A program made the position numbers and the translations under genes. A stretch of 64,000 bases of DNA from Candidatus Schekmanbacteria bacterium (GTDB lineage Bacteria; Schekmanbacteria; GWA2-38-11; J061). This document shows, piece after piece, positions 1 through 7,881 of this stretch. The notes beneath the pieces are model-generated. The model was given only the letters and a program-made list of their open reading frames with translations. It did not search any database and had not been told where the DNA came from. The number at the start of each line of letters is the position of its first letter. The stretch's first letter is position 1. The stretch covers positions 130,299 to 194,298 of the forward strand of contig JACRJM010000003.1 in the NCBI GenBank assembly GCA_016219965.1, given 5' to 3'.

Positions 1-2
1 TC

Positions 3-434
3 GATCCTCAGAAATGGGAAGGCAAACCAAGGCTCGTGAAGATACACCAGGACATGGCATCAGTCCTGGACTCTACAGGAGTATGTTACTTCTTTGCGAT
101 TCGCTATTATGTACTGCCTGTACTTGAGGTAACTCCGGAGGGGTTTTGCAATTTCCTGAATGCTGCTACCGGTGCCGGATACACAATAGAAGAAGTTGAA
201 AAAGCAGGCGAACGTATCTTCAACGCCGAGAGGCAGTTCATGGTGAAGGCCGGATTTTCGCGCAAGGATGATTCGCTACCTGACCGGCTCGTCAAGGAAC
301 CAATGCCTGAAGGACCAGCCAAGGGGCTCGTGGTTCACCTCGATGAAATGCTTGATGAGTATTACAAGCTTAGAGGATGGGACCAAAACGGCATTCCCAC
401 TATTGAAAAGCTAAATGAATTGGGGCTAGCCTGA
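3..434 (+). CDS. aor: Aldehyde:ferredoxin oxidoreductase (W/Mo AOR family), C-terminal part; 5' end lies outside the window
   Basis: Frame is open from base 3 (DPQKWEGKPRLVKIHQD...). AOR C-terminal motifs DSTGVC, GERIFNAERQF, DDSLPDRL, MLDEYYKLRGWDQNGIP. MoaD gene follows. Confidence 0.9.
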   Translation, partial: DPQKWEGKPRLVKIHQDMASVLDSTGVCYFFAIRYYVLPVLEVTPEGFCNFLNAATGAGYTIEEVEKAGERIFNAERQFMVKAGFSRKDDSLPDRLVKEPMPEGPAKGLVVHLDEMLDEYYKLRGWDQNGIPTIEKLNELGLA

Positions 435-468
435 CTCCAAATCCTCAGTTTGGACAGGAATTAACGAC

Positions 469-702
469 ATGAAGATAAGGGTTCATCTTTTTGCATATCT
501 TGCAAAGTATGCGCCAGAAGGTGTGAAGGATTTCACTATAGAGCTTAAGCCCGGTGCTTCTGTGGAAGATATTATTAAGTATCTTGGCATACCACCCACA
601 GAAGGCAAGATTATAATCGTAAATGGAAGACATAGTGGTGAAGATACACCTCTGAATGAGAATGATGAGGTTGTGTTCATGACTCCCGTAGAAGGCGGAT
701 AA
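469..702 (+). CDS. moaD: MoaD/ThiS family sulfur carrier
   Basis: 77 aa, beta-grasp pattern (VHLFAYL...VNG...L.E.DEV), C-terminal GG; typical AOR neighbour. Confidence 0.9.
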   Translation: MKIRVHLFAYLAKYAPEGVKDFTIELKPGASVEDIIKYLGIPPTEGKIIIVNGRHSGEDTPLNENDEVVFMTPVEGG

Positions 703-754
703 CTAAAATATTCAATTAGAATTTAGGATTATAAAACTTAAAAGGAAAGTTCCC

Positions 755-1996
755 ATGATTAAAGAAATAGTTCAAACCTACGCCTGTTCGAAATGTGGTT
801 TATGTATTGCCGCTTGTCCTGAAAAAGCTATCTCCCTTAGCGGAGATTATTCTCCCTATGTTGATGAAAAATGCACTAATTGCAGAATTTGTCTTGAAGT
901 CTGCCCTAGGAGTGAACTTCCTTTTAACGAAATAAAGAAAAATCTCAATACTGTAAACTTCCCTAAGTTTGAAGAAGAACTTTTGGGTCCTTATAACCGG
1001 ATAGTACTTGCAAAGACCTGCAACAATGAAATACTGAAAAGATGTTACAGCGGTGGAGTGACAACAGAGTTCCTGTGTTTCCTTTTAGAAAAGGGATATA
1101 TTGATTCAGCACTTTTGACTGACCGCGAGCATGATCTTTCCTTTTGCGGACATCCTGTCCCATTCATAGCAAGAACCCGCGAGAATATAATAAAATGCGC
1201 AGACACAAAACCCTGTGTTAATCCCATTTTAGCTTCATTGCCAGTTGATGGTGATCGAGTAGCATTTGTCGGAGTATCGTGCCATACGGAGGGGATTAGA
1301 AAAGCGCAGTGGCTTGCAGAACATGGAGATAAATCCAAGGAAATATGCAAGCATTTAATCGGGAATATAAGCTACGTCATAGGATTGAACTGTTTTTTCT
1401 CCTTCGGTAGAAACGGAGTAGATCGCCTGCTTGCAAAGGTTGGTCTCAAAGAAGAAAATATTGAGAAGTTTTTTAACTGGAAAGGAAAACCTGTTGCAAG
1501 AATGCATGGCGGAAAAGAAATAGTTGATTTTGGAGATGAAGGAGATTTTTCAAACTCAAACTTAGGATGTTTTCTCTGTTATCCTTCATATTCTGCAAAG
1601 CTTTCTGATATAACTTTTGGGAAATGCATCAGCGAAGAATGGGGCTGGAACGATGTTATAGTAAGAAGCGAAAAATGTGACAGTATTATTTCTGAGATGG
1701 AAGAAAAAGGCCTCATTACTATCAAAGCAGCTGGAAATGAAAAAAGTGAGATTTTAGAAGCTCTTCTTGAAGCAAATGTTTTTGAGGTAGATGCAGTTGG
1801 TTACGGAGGTTTCTTAGACACCGGAAAATTTGAAGGAAGTCTTCCAGGCACTTCCCCTATGCCTCAGCAGGAAGGAAGCTCTATAAAGGGAATCAATAGA
1901 ATAAGACTAATCCAGGCAGTAAGGCGAGATTCCTTCTATAAAATAGCAACAACAGAAAGAAAAAAAAGGGGAATTCTAAATCCTATTTTAAAGTAA
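755..1996 (+). CDS. Coenzyme F420 hydrogenase/dehydrogenase beta-subunit (FrhB/FdhB) family protein with N-terminal 2x[4Fe-4S] domain
   Basis: CSKCGLCIAACP and CTNCRICLEVCP; FrhB-family motifs SGGVTT, AFVGVSCH, IGLNC, GCFLC...SDITFG, GWNDVIVRS. Confidence 0.8.
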   Translation: MIKEIVQTYACSKCGLCIAACPEKAISLSGDYSPYVDEKCTNCRICLEVCPRSELPFNEIKKNLNTVNFPKFEEELLGPYNRIVLAKTCNNEILKRCYSGGVTTEFLCFLLEKGYIDSALLTDREHDLSFCGHPVPFIARTRENIIKCADTKPCVNPILASLPVDGDRVAFVGVSCHTEGIRKAQWLAEHGDKSKEICKHLIGNISYVIGLNCFFSFGRNGVDRLLAKVGLKEENIEKFFNWKGKPVARMHGGKEIVDFGDEGDFSNSNLGCFLCYPSYSAKLSDITFGKCISEEWGWNDVIVRSEKCDSIISEMEEKGLITIKAAGNEKSEILEALLEANVFEVDAVGYGGFLDTGKFEGSLPGTSPMPQQEGSSIKGINRIRLIQAVRRDSFYKIATTERKKRGILNPILK

Positions 1997-2020
1997 GCCT
2001 AAATCCTCAGGGAGATAACC

Positions 2021-2896
2021 ATGATATTGCTTGCAGGTGCTACGGGACAGCTGGGAAGTGCTGTTTATAACGCTCTAAAAAAAGAATATGGAACTAATTT
2101 CAAATGTCTGGATATAAACGCTGACAAACTTGAGGTCTATAAAAATGAAGGAATCCCGGTCTTCTGTAACGATCTTTCTGATATTGAAGAGATCAAAAAG
2201 ATTCTCCAAGATGTTGACTCCGTAATAAGCGTTGTCGGGCTTCAACGGGAGACTGAAACTCTATCACATATGGATGTAGACTATGGAAGAAATAAAAATT
2301 TACTGCAGGCTGCACTAAAAACCGGCGTCAGGCATTTTGCTTATGTAAGCGCGCTGCAAACGCGCGAAGATGCACCGCGGAAAGTACACAAGGCAAAATG
2401 GCTTATGGAGGAAGAACTTAAAAAAAACGGGATGGATTATACAATTTTCAGGCCTTCAGGTTTTTTTACAGATTTCATCCATTATTTCGGGAAGAAATGC
2501 AAGGATAGTAATTCATTTACTCTTATAGGAAGCGGCAATATGAAAATTCAGCCAATAAGCATTGACGACCTAGCCATGTGTCTTGTCATGTCATCTAAAA
2601 CCCCTGCTGCAAAAAATAAGATATTTGTTATCGGCGGACCGGAAGTTATGACTCTGAATGAGTTAATAGAATACTATGCTGAATTTTTCAGCAAGAGGAT
2701 AAAAATCCGACATATCCCGATGGGTCTTATGAGATTTTTTGCAGCTTTGACTTTTGACAAAGTAATTTCAAGAGATTTCTTAAAAAGACTTGAAACTGAC
2801 AGTATCTGCGATGTAACGGCAGTCAAAGAAGCATTTAAAATAAATTTTACATCGTTACGCGATTATATAAGGAACTTTGACTGGTCAAAAATATGA
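2021..2896 (+). CDS. Atypical SDR / NAD(P)H-binding protein (NDUFA9/NmrA-like)
   Basis: GATGQLG Rossmann motif, HFAYVSA, AKWLMEEEL, YTIFRPSGF, QPISIDDLA, IGGPE. Confidence 0.85.
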   Translation: MILLAGATGQLGSAVYNALKKEYGTNFKCLDINADKLEVYKNEGIPVFCNDLSDIEEIKKILQDVDSVISVVGLQRETETLSHMDVDYGRNKNLLQAALKTGVRHFAYVSALQTREDAPRKVHKAKWLMEEELKKNGMDYTIFRPSGFFTDFIHYFGKKCKDSNSFTLIGSGNMKIQPISIDDLAMCLVMSSKTPAAKNKIFVIGGPEVMTLNELIEYYAEFFSKRIKIRHIPMGLMRFFAALTFDKVISRDFLKRLETDSICDVTAVKEAFKINFTSLRDYIRNFDWSKI

Positions 2897-2929
2897 TTTA
2901 TTGTTTTAATAAAAAGATTGGCTAATGAA

Positions 2930-3316
2930 TCAGTATCGGATTTTTAGGATAACTGCAGTGATCATCATCCCTATAGAATCTATAATGACATCATGATAGT
3001 TTCCCTGCCTGCCTTTTATGAAGAGTTGATGAATTTCATCGCTTGTTGCTAACAGTAGAGAGATTATAAATGAAAAACAAATGGTGTGACTAATGCTGTT
3101 ATTTTTTCTCTTTTCAGGTTGTTGAGATTTGTAAATCGCATTAAAAATGAGGAAAGAAAGAATTGCAAATTCTATCATATGAGCTCCCTTGCGCAGTATA
3201 AAATCGTAAGGAAGATCTGATTTCAGGCTGGGCTGATTTGAAAGAAAGAAAATTACTTCGTACCAGATTATCACCGGACCCCAAAGCCTTATAAAATTCC
3301 AAAATTTATTTTTCAT
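2930..3316 (-). CDS. VanZ family membrane protein
   Basis: RKGAHMIEFAIL and ATSDEIHQLFIKGR...DVIID signature; hydrophobic helices. Confidence 0.85.
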   Translation of the reverse strand: MKNKFWNFIRLWGPVIIWYEVIFFLSNQPSLKSDLPYDFILRKGAHMIEFAILSFLIFNAIYKSQQPEKRKNNSISHTICFSFIISLLLATSDEIHQLFIKGRQGNYHDVIIDSIGMMITAVILKIRY

Positions 3317-3896
3317 TAAAGACTTTCTTTATATTGTATGGCATCCACTTTGTCCCAGTGATCCTTCTGTAAGTTTCAATATGAAAGAGAGCCTCGTTTT
3401 TCCTGCCACTTTCAATATAAATAAGCGAGAGATTAAAATGAGCAGCTGGGTTGTCCGGAGACAGATAGAGTACTGATTTAAATATTTCTTCACCTTTGAT
3501 TATATCCCCAGATTTTCTATATGATATACCCAAGGCAATCATACCTTCTAAAGACATTGGAAAAGATTGATGATAATTTTGGAACGCATTGATTGATGCC
3601 TTTAAATTTCCAACAGTCTGATAATTCAAGCCGAGATTGAAATAATAGACTGGGTCGTATATAGCTGCTTTTGTGTAATAGGTTACAGCTTTCGTAAAAT
3701 CAAGTTTACTTTCTTCTATTTCCCCAAGGTGAAAATAACATTCAGCACAGGATGGATTAAATCTTGTTAACTGTAAAAGAATTCTGCTTGCATTATCCCA
3801 ATCTCCCCTTTGTTTCAGAATCATTGCATTAGCTAATGTTTCATCAGCAGCATATACATTCCAAGAGCTGAGCAGCTGAGCGAGCAGGAATCCCAT
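3306..3896 (-). CDS. Tetratricopeptide repeat protein, probably exported
   Basis: Repeated TPR patterns (YFHLG, YFNLG, IALG, HFNLS); signal-peptide-like N-terminus ending in VYA. True start may be slightly upstream. Confidence 0.8.
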   Translation of the reverse strand: MGFLLAQLLSSWNVYAADETLANAMILKQRGDWDNASRILLQLTRFNPSCAECYFHLGEIEESKLDFTKAVTYYTKAAIYDPVYYFNLGLNYQTVGNLKASINAFQNYHQSFPMSLEGMIALGISYRKSGDIIKGEEIFKSVLYLSPDNPAAHFNLSLIYIESGRKNEALFHIETYRRITGTKWMPYNIKKVFNEK

Positions 3897-3915
3897 AATA
3901 ATCAGTTTTACATTG

Positions 3916-5541
3916 CTAAGTTTTTTTTCCAGGTTCCCTCCTCCTCATTATTACACATTCCCTGTTTTCTCCTACTTTAACAAGTTTAGACTGTATCAAC
4001 TCATCAAGATCTCTATCAAAGTCCTTTTTTCTGAAGATATAATATTCATCATAATTATTATTTGTATGATATAGCCTGTATGTAAGCTGAAATTTGTGAT
4101 CAATCCTTAATATCCTGCGTTGCGAGTAAAATACGAATGAGGGTTTAAAAAACTTAAAAAAAACTATTTCACTTTTCCCAATAGCAGAACTTTTAAGTGT
4201 AAGAGCTAATTTCTTGTTAGATTTGAATTTTTCAAAAGCATCAACATTTATAACAGCTCCTAGAAAAATAAATACCACGAGAAAAACCTGCATATAAAAT
4301 ATAGCCACTTTTTTATTCTTGTATGTCAGAAAAACTAAAACAATAAACCAGATATTGAGACTTATCAATGTCCATATCAAAGCGGTTAAACCTATTGCGT
4401 CTAAAACAATTACTACTATATTAGGAAAAAATTTAAGGATTATCAAAGCAGATATATCAAAACTTAGAAACAATGCAAAAATGGCATATATTCCCAAGGT
4501 TATTCCTTTATCTTCTCTGCGCTGAAAACAATCTTTCCAGCACTTCCCGGCTATCATAGCAAGAGGTGGATAAATGGGAAGTATATAGTTTGGCAGCTTT
4601 GACTTTGAAAGAGAATAGAAGACAAATATAGCACAAGCCCATGCAATGAGAAATTTAAGTTGCCTTGAGTCTTCGGTCTGATTACTTATACTTTTTGTTG
4701 CCTGAAAAGGCAGAAAAAAAATCCATGGGAAAAAACCACCGATAATTACCGGTATATAGTAAACAATGCTACCGCTTCTTTCATGGACATCTGTAAAATA
4801 CCTCATGATATTTTCATAAACTATATTTTCATACAAAAAACCCGGAGTTTTAATTGAAGAAGCTACGTACCACGGCAGGATTACTAACAGTGTAATCAGT
4901 ATCCCTGTTGGTTTAAAAAAAACTTTTATTGATTCGAATTCTTTGAAAATCAGTATATAAAAAAAAATTATAATTCCAGGGACAATAATTCCCAGAGGTC
5001 CCTTTGACATAAACCCTAATCCAAGTGAGATAAATAATATTACCCGATGTATTTTACTATATGGAGAATATTTCCCAGTTGTATTAATAAATGAAAAAAC
5101 AGAAAGGGTAATAAAAAAAGCAAGAGTCATGTCTGTTACTATTGAGTGAGAAAGCGCAATAAACTCTATACTGGTAAGAAGGATGATAAGGGAAAGTAAT
5201 CCAGTTTCAAAACAGAAAAAATTTTTTCCAAGTGCGAATACAAGATATAGTAATCCGGCTCCAAATAGTGTCGTAACATAACGTGGAGCATAATCAGCCA
5301 TTCCAGTTAAATTAAAGGCAATTGCAGAAAGCCAGAAATAAAGAGGAGGTTTTTTATTATATGCTTCATAGTTTAGATGCGGAGATATGTAATCCCCTGA
5401 TTCAATCATTTCCCTAGCTATCTCCGCATATCTCGCTTCATCAGGGTCCCATAAGTCACGGGATGACAATCCAAAAAAAAGGAGAAATATGGCAAATAAT
5501 ATTGTCCCTGATAGGAAAAGTTTTTTTTGTGAAGACGTCAT
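3916..5541 (-). CDS. ArnT/PMT-like GT-C membrane glycosyltransferase
   Basis: LWDPDEARYAEIAREM, KPPLYFWL, SKGPLG, SKLPNYILP motifs; many TM segments. Confidence 0.9.
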   Translation of the reverse strand: MTSSQKKLFLSGTILFAIFLLFFGLSSRDLWDPDEARYAEIAREMIESGDYISPHLNYEAYNKKPPLYFWLSAIAFNLTGMADYAPRYVTTLFGAGLLYLVFALGKNFFCFETGLLSLIILLTSIEFIALSHSIVTDMTLAFFITLSVFSFINTTGKYSPYSKIHRVILFISLGLGFMSKGPLGIIVPGIIIFFYILIFKEFESIKVFFKPTGILITLLVILPWYVASSIKTPGFLYENIVYENIMRYFTDVHERSGSIVYYIPVIIGGFFPWIFFLPFQATKSISNQTEDSRQLKFLIAWACAIFVFYSLSKSKLPNYILPIYPPLAMIAGKCWKDCFQRREDKGITLGIYAIFALFLSFDISALIILKFFPNIVVIVLDAIGLTALIWTLISLNIWFIVLVFLTYKNKKVAIFYMQVFLVVFIFLGAVINVDAFEKFKSNKKLALTLKSSAIGKSEIVFFKFFKPSFVFYSQRRILRIDHKFQLTYRLYHTNNNYDEYYIFRKKDFDRDLDELIQSKLVKVGENRECVIMRRREPGKKT

Positions 5542-5660
5542 TTATCTTTTTTTCGCTAAGCGATTAATTGTTAATTTTAGAAGTAAAGGTTATTTAAGAT
5601 TCTGCGAAATCTAAGATAAAATATTATTACCGTCAATGTAAATTAACTTAAAAAGTTTTT

Positions 5661-5709
5661 CGTCATGACATTGACGTTGTTGTCAAAAGATACCCGTAAA
5701 AAATTGCCG
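5661..5709 (+). promoter_or_regulatory. Putative bEBP (FleQ/FlrA-like) enhancer boxes
   Basis: Inverted repeat CGTCA-N6-TGACG (5661-5676) followed by degenerate copies TGTCAAAAGATACCCG and CGTAAAAAATTGCCG, about 170-210 bp upstream of a sigma54 promoter. Confidence 0.5.
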
Positions 5710-5809
5710 CAAACTATCAATATGTTCCTATTAACAATTTGTTATCCAACGAATGGAAGAAGGTCTGGCTGTCAATATATTTTATATCTTTCCACAATAT
5801 ATCTTAGTA

Positions 5810-5822
5810 AATCAGTAAGTTA
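5810..5822 (+). promoter_or_regulatory. Putative IHF site
   Basis: AATCAGTAAGTTA, one mismatch to WATCAANNNNTTR, between the enhancer and the sigma54 promoter. Confidence 0.5.
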
Positions 5823-5874
5823 AAGATTGCTATTCAAATTTTATTTATCTCGTTGCTAAAAAACTGATTCTCTC

Positions 5875-5890
5875 TGGCATAGTAATTGCG
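5875..5890 (+). promoter_or_regulatory. sigma54 (-24/-12) promoter of the chemosensory operon
   Basis: TGGCATAGTAATTGCG: GG at 5876-77 and GC at 5888-89 give exact spacing; 50 bp before cheY, which has SD AGGAGG. Confidence 0.8.
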
Positions 5891-5939
5891 TAATCAATAA
5901 AGATTTTTTTAACAACTATGAACAGGAGGCCATGTAACC

Positions 5940-6314
5940 ATGAAGATTATGATAGTAGACGATTCATCGGTTATGCGAAAAATAGTAACACGAACAATCA
6001 GACAAACCGGTTTTGAAATAGAGGAAATAGTTGAAGCATCTGATGGACTGGATGCATTGGAAAAACTGAAATCTTACACAAGCGATTTGATTCTCTGTGA
6101 CGTTAATATGCCAAACATGAATGGGTTAGAATTTGTAGAGAAGGTAAACGCTGAAAAAATCGCACCTGAGAGTGACATTATTATGGTCACGACTGAAGGA
6201 GGAATAGACATCGTAAACAAGGCTGTGGAAAACGGCGCCAAAGGATTCATAATCAAGCCATTTACTCCAGAAGATTTCGTCGCCAAGGTAAAACATTTAT
6301 GCAAGAGGTGGTAA
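5940..6314 (+). CDS. cheY: CheY-like single-domain response regulator
   Basis: VDDS, DVNMPNMNG, MVTTE, KPF motifs; first gene of the che cluster. Confidence 0.9.
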   Translation: MKIMIVDDSSVMRKIVTRTIRQTGFEIEEIVEASDGLDALEKLKSYTSDLILCDVNMPNMNGLEFVEKVNAEKIAPESDIIMVTTEGGIDIVNKAVENGAKGFIIKPFTPEDFVAKVKHLCKRW

Positions 6315-6358
6315 AATTCACGCTGCCGATGAAACCCTTAAAAGAAAGCGCATAATAT

Positions 6359-6838
6359 ATGGAATCAATTATATCGCTTATGTCAGAAACTGCAGTTGAG
6401 GTGCTTAAAAAAATGGCTTTTTTAGATGTAGAACACATAAGGAATGATGAACCCATTTCAAAAGCTATAGAAAATGTCCACATGTGTTCAATGATCATGC
6501 TCGACGGTACGTTAAAAGGCTCTATCGTTTTTCATTGCTCTGATAAACTTGCGAAACAGGTGACATGCGCTCTTTTAGGGGAAGATATGGCAAATGACAT
6601 AGCAGATATGGATATAAAAGACGCAATAGGTGAAGTTACAAATGTAATTGCAGGAAATGTTAAAAACAAGATTTCGAATTTAGGTCATAGCTTTTCTCTT
6701 TCTTCTCCTAAAGTTTTGGAATGGGGAGAATATGTGATCGAACTTAAGACTAAAGCACGCCAGGGGATTATGGAATTTACCTCGGGAAAAGAAACTTTTT
6801 TTATTGAGTTGTTATCAAGTAATGGGTCTCACGATTAG
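6359..6838 (+). CDS. cheX: CheX family phosphatase
   Basis: DAIGEVTNVIAG (ExxN) motif, LSSP; about 160 aa. Confidence 0.85.
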   Translation: MESIISLMSETAVEVLKKMAFLDVEHIRNDEPISKAIENVHMCSMIMLDGTLKGSIVFHCSDKLAKQVTCALLGEDMANDIADMDIKDAIGEVTNVIAGNVKNKISNLGHSFSLSSPKVLEWGEYVIELKTKARQGIMEFTSGKETFFIELLSSNGSHD

Positions 6839-6851
6839 ATAAACAAAACAT

Positions 6852-7877
6852 GTGAAAAGTGACATGGCCAATCCTGTTGAGAAAATAAAAGAAACTATTG
6901 ATGAAATCCTTGACTCTGTTGAGAATGAAATAGTTACTATTTTCAATGCATTGTTTGGAAAGCTTGTCAGTTGTTTTCTAGCAGGTGTGTCAGTTACAAC
7001 CGCCAAGGAATTCCTCGATCCACGAAAAGGTAAAAAAAGCTTCCTTATAGATCTTAATACTAATGAAGAAATAAAGGGAGATATCTTTATCTGTCTCGAC
7101 CACAAAGAAGCTTGCTGGGTTTCAGCAATTATGAATGGCCTTGCTGAATCAATGGCAGATGAAAAAGAAAAAAGCGGCCAATTTGATGAAAATGATATTG
7201 ATGCTGTTTCAGAAGTTGGCAATCAATTAGCTGGAAAATTGAATTTTGTCCTCAAGCCTATTGCCAAGAAAAAACTACATTTTATTAAAACCAGGCATTT
7301 TTTGACTGAAGAGATGCAGGGAGAAGACAATAAAATACCTCTTGATGAAGAAGAAACTGTAATTATCCCTAAATTCTCTTTTTCCTCTGAGGGGAAGGAA
7401 ATAGGATTTATTTATGTAATGTTCCCGGTAAACTTTGCTTCCCTGATGGTTGGGATACCTCTCAGTGGCGACACTCAAGAAAAAGATAATGAAAGTGAAT
7501 CTGCTAAATTAAGAAAGATAATCCTCCTTTGCCAGCAAATTGATAGCAAGGAAGAAGCACTTTATAATATGGTTGCAGATAAGTTTTCGGCAAGCTTTAT
7601 TACCTGTAAGCTTAACTCTGCTCTTGAGGAAAACCCAGAAATTAAAGAAGCAGATCTGATTTTCGTCGACTCCTATGATGATCCAAACAGTGGGATAGAC
7701 ATATGTAAACAGCTTATAGCGTTAAAAAGCAGTAAAAAAAAATCAATAATTCTCAGTTCAAAAAATATAACAAAAGATCTTTTGCTCCAGGCTATATCTA
7801 CCGGAATTTGTGACATCATAGTAAAGCCCGCTTCTACAAAAACAATTATGCAGAAAGTACAAGCGAATATAGGGTGA
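6852..7877 (+). CDS. CheC/CheX-like domain fused to a C-terminal receiver-like domain
   Basis: DAVSEVGNQLAG in the N-terminal half; C-terminal DLIFVD...GIDIC...IILSS...GICDIIVKP receiver-like fold. Confidence 0.65.
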   Translation: MKSDMANPVEKIKETIDEILDSVENEIVTIFNALFGKLVSCFLAGVSVTTAKEFLDPRKGKKSFLIDLNTNEEIKGDIFICLDHKEACWVSAIMNGLAESMADEKEKSGQFDENDIDAVSEVGNQLAGKLNFVLKPIAKKKLHFIKTRHFLTEEMQGEDNKIPLDEEETVIIPKFSFSSEGKEIGFIYVMFPVNFASLMVGIPLSGDTQEKDNESESAKLRKIILLCQQIDSKEEALYNMVADKFSASFITCKLNSALEENPEIKEADLIFVDSYDDPNSGIDICKQLIALKSSKKKSIILSSKNITKDLLLQAISTGICDIIVKPASTKTIMQKVQANIG

Positions 7878-7881
7878 GGTT

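Noticed and set aside
755-2896. BciB/BciA chlorophyll divinyl reductases
   Set aside because: Only family-level resemblance; no photosynthesis genes are in the window and the context is an AOR operon.
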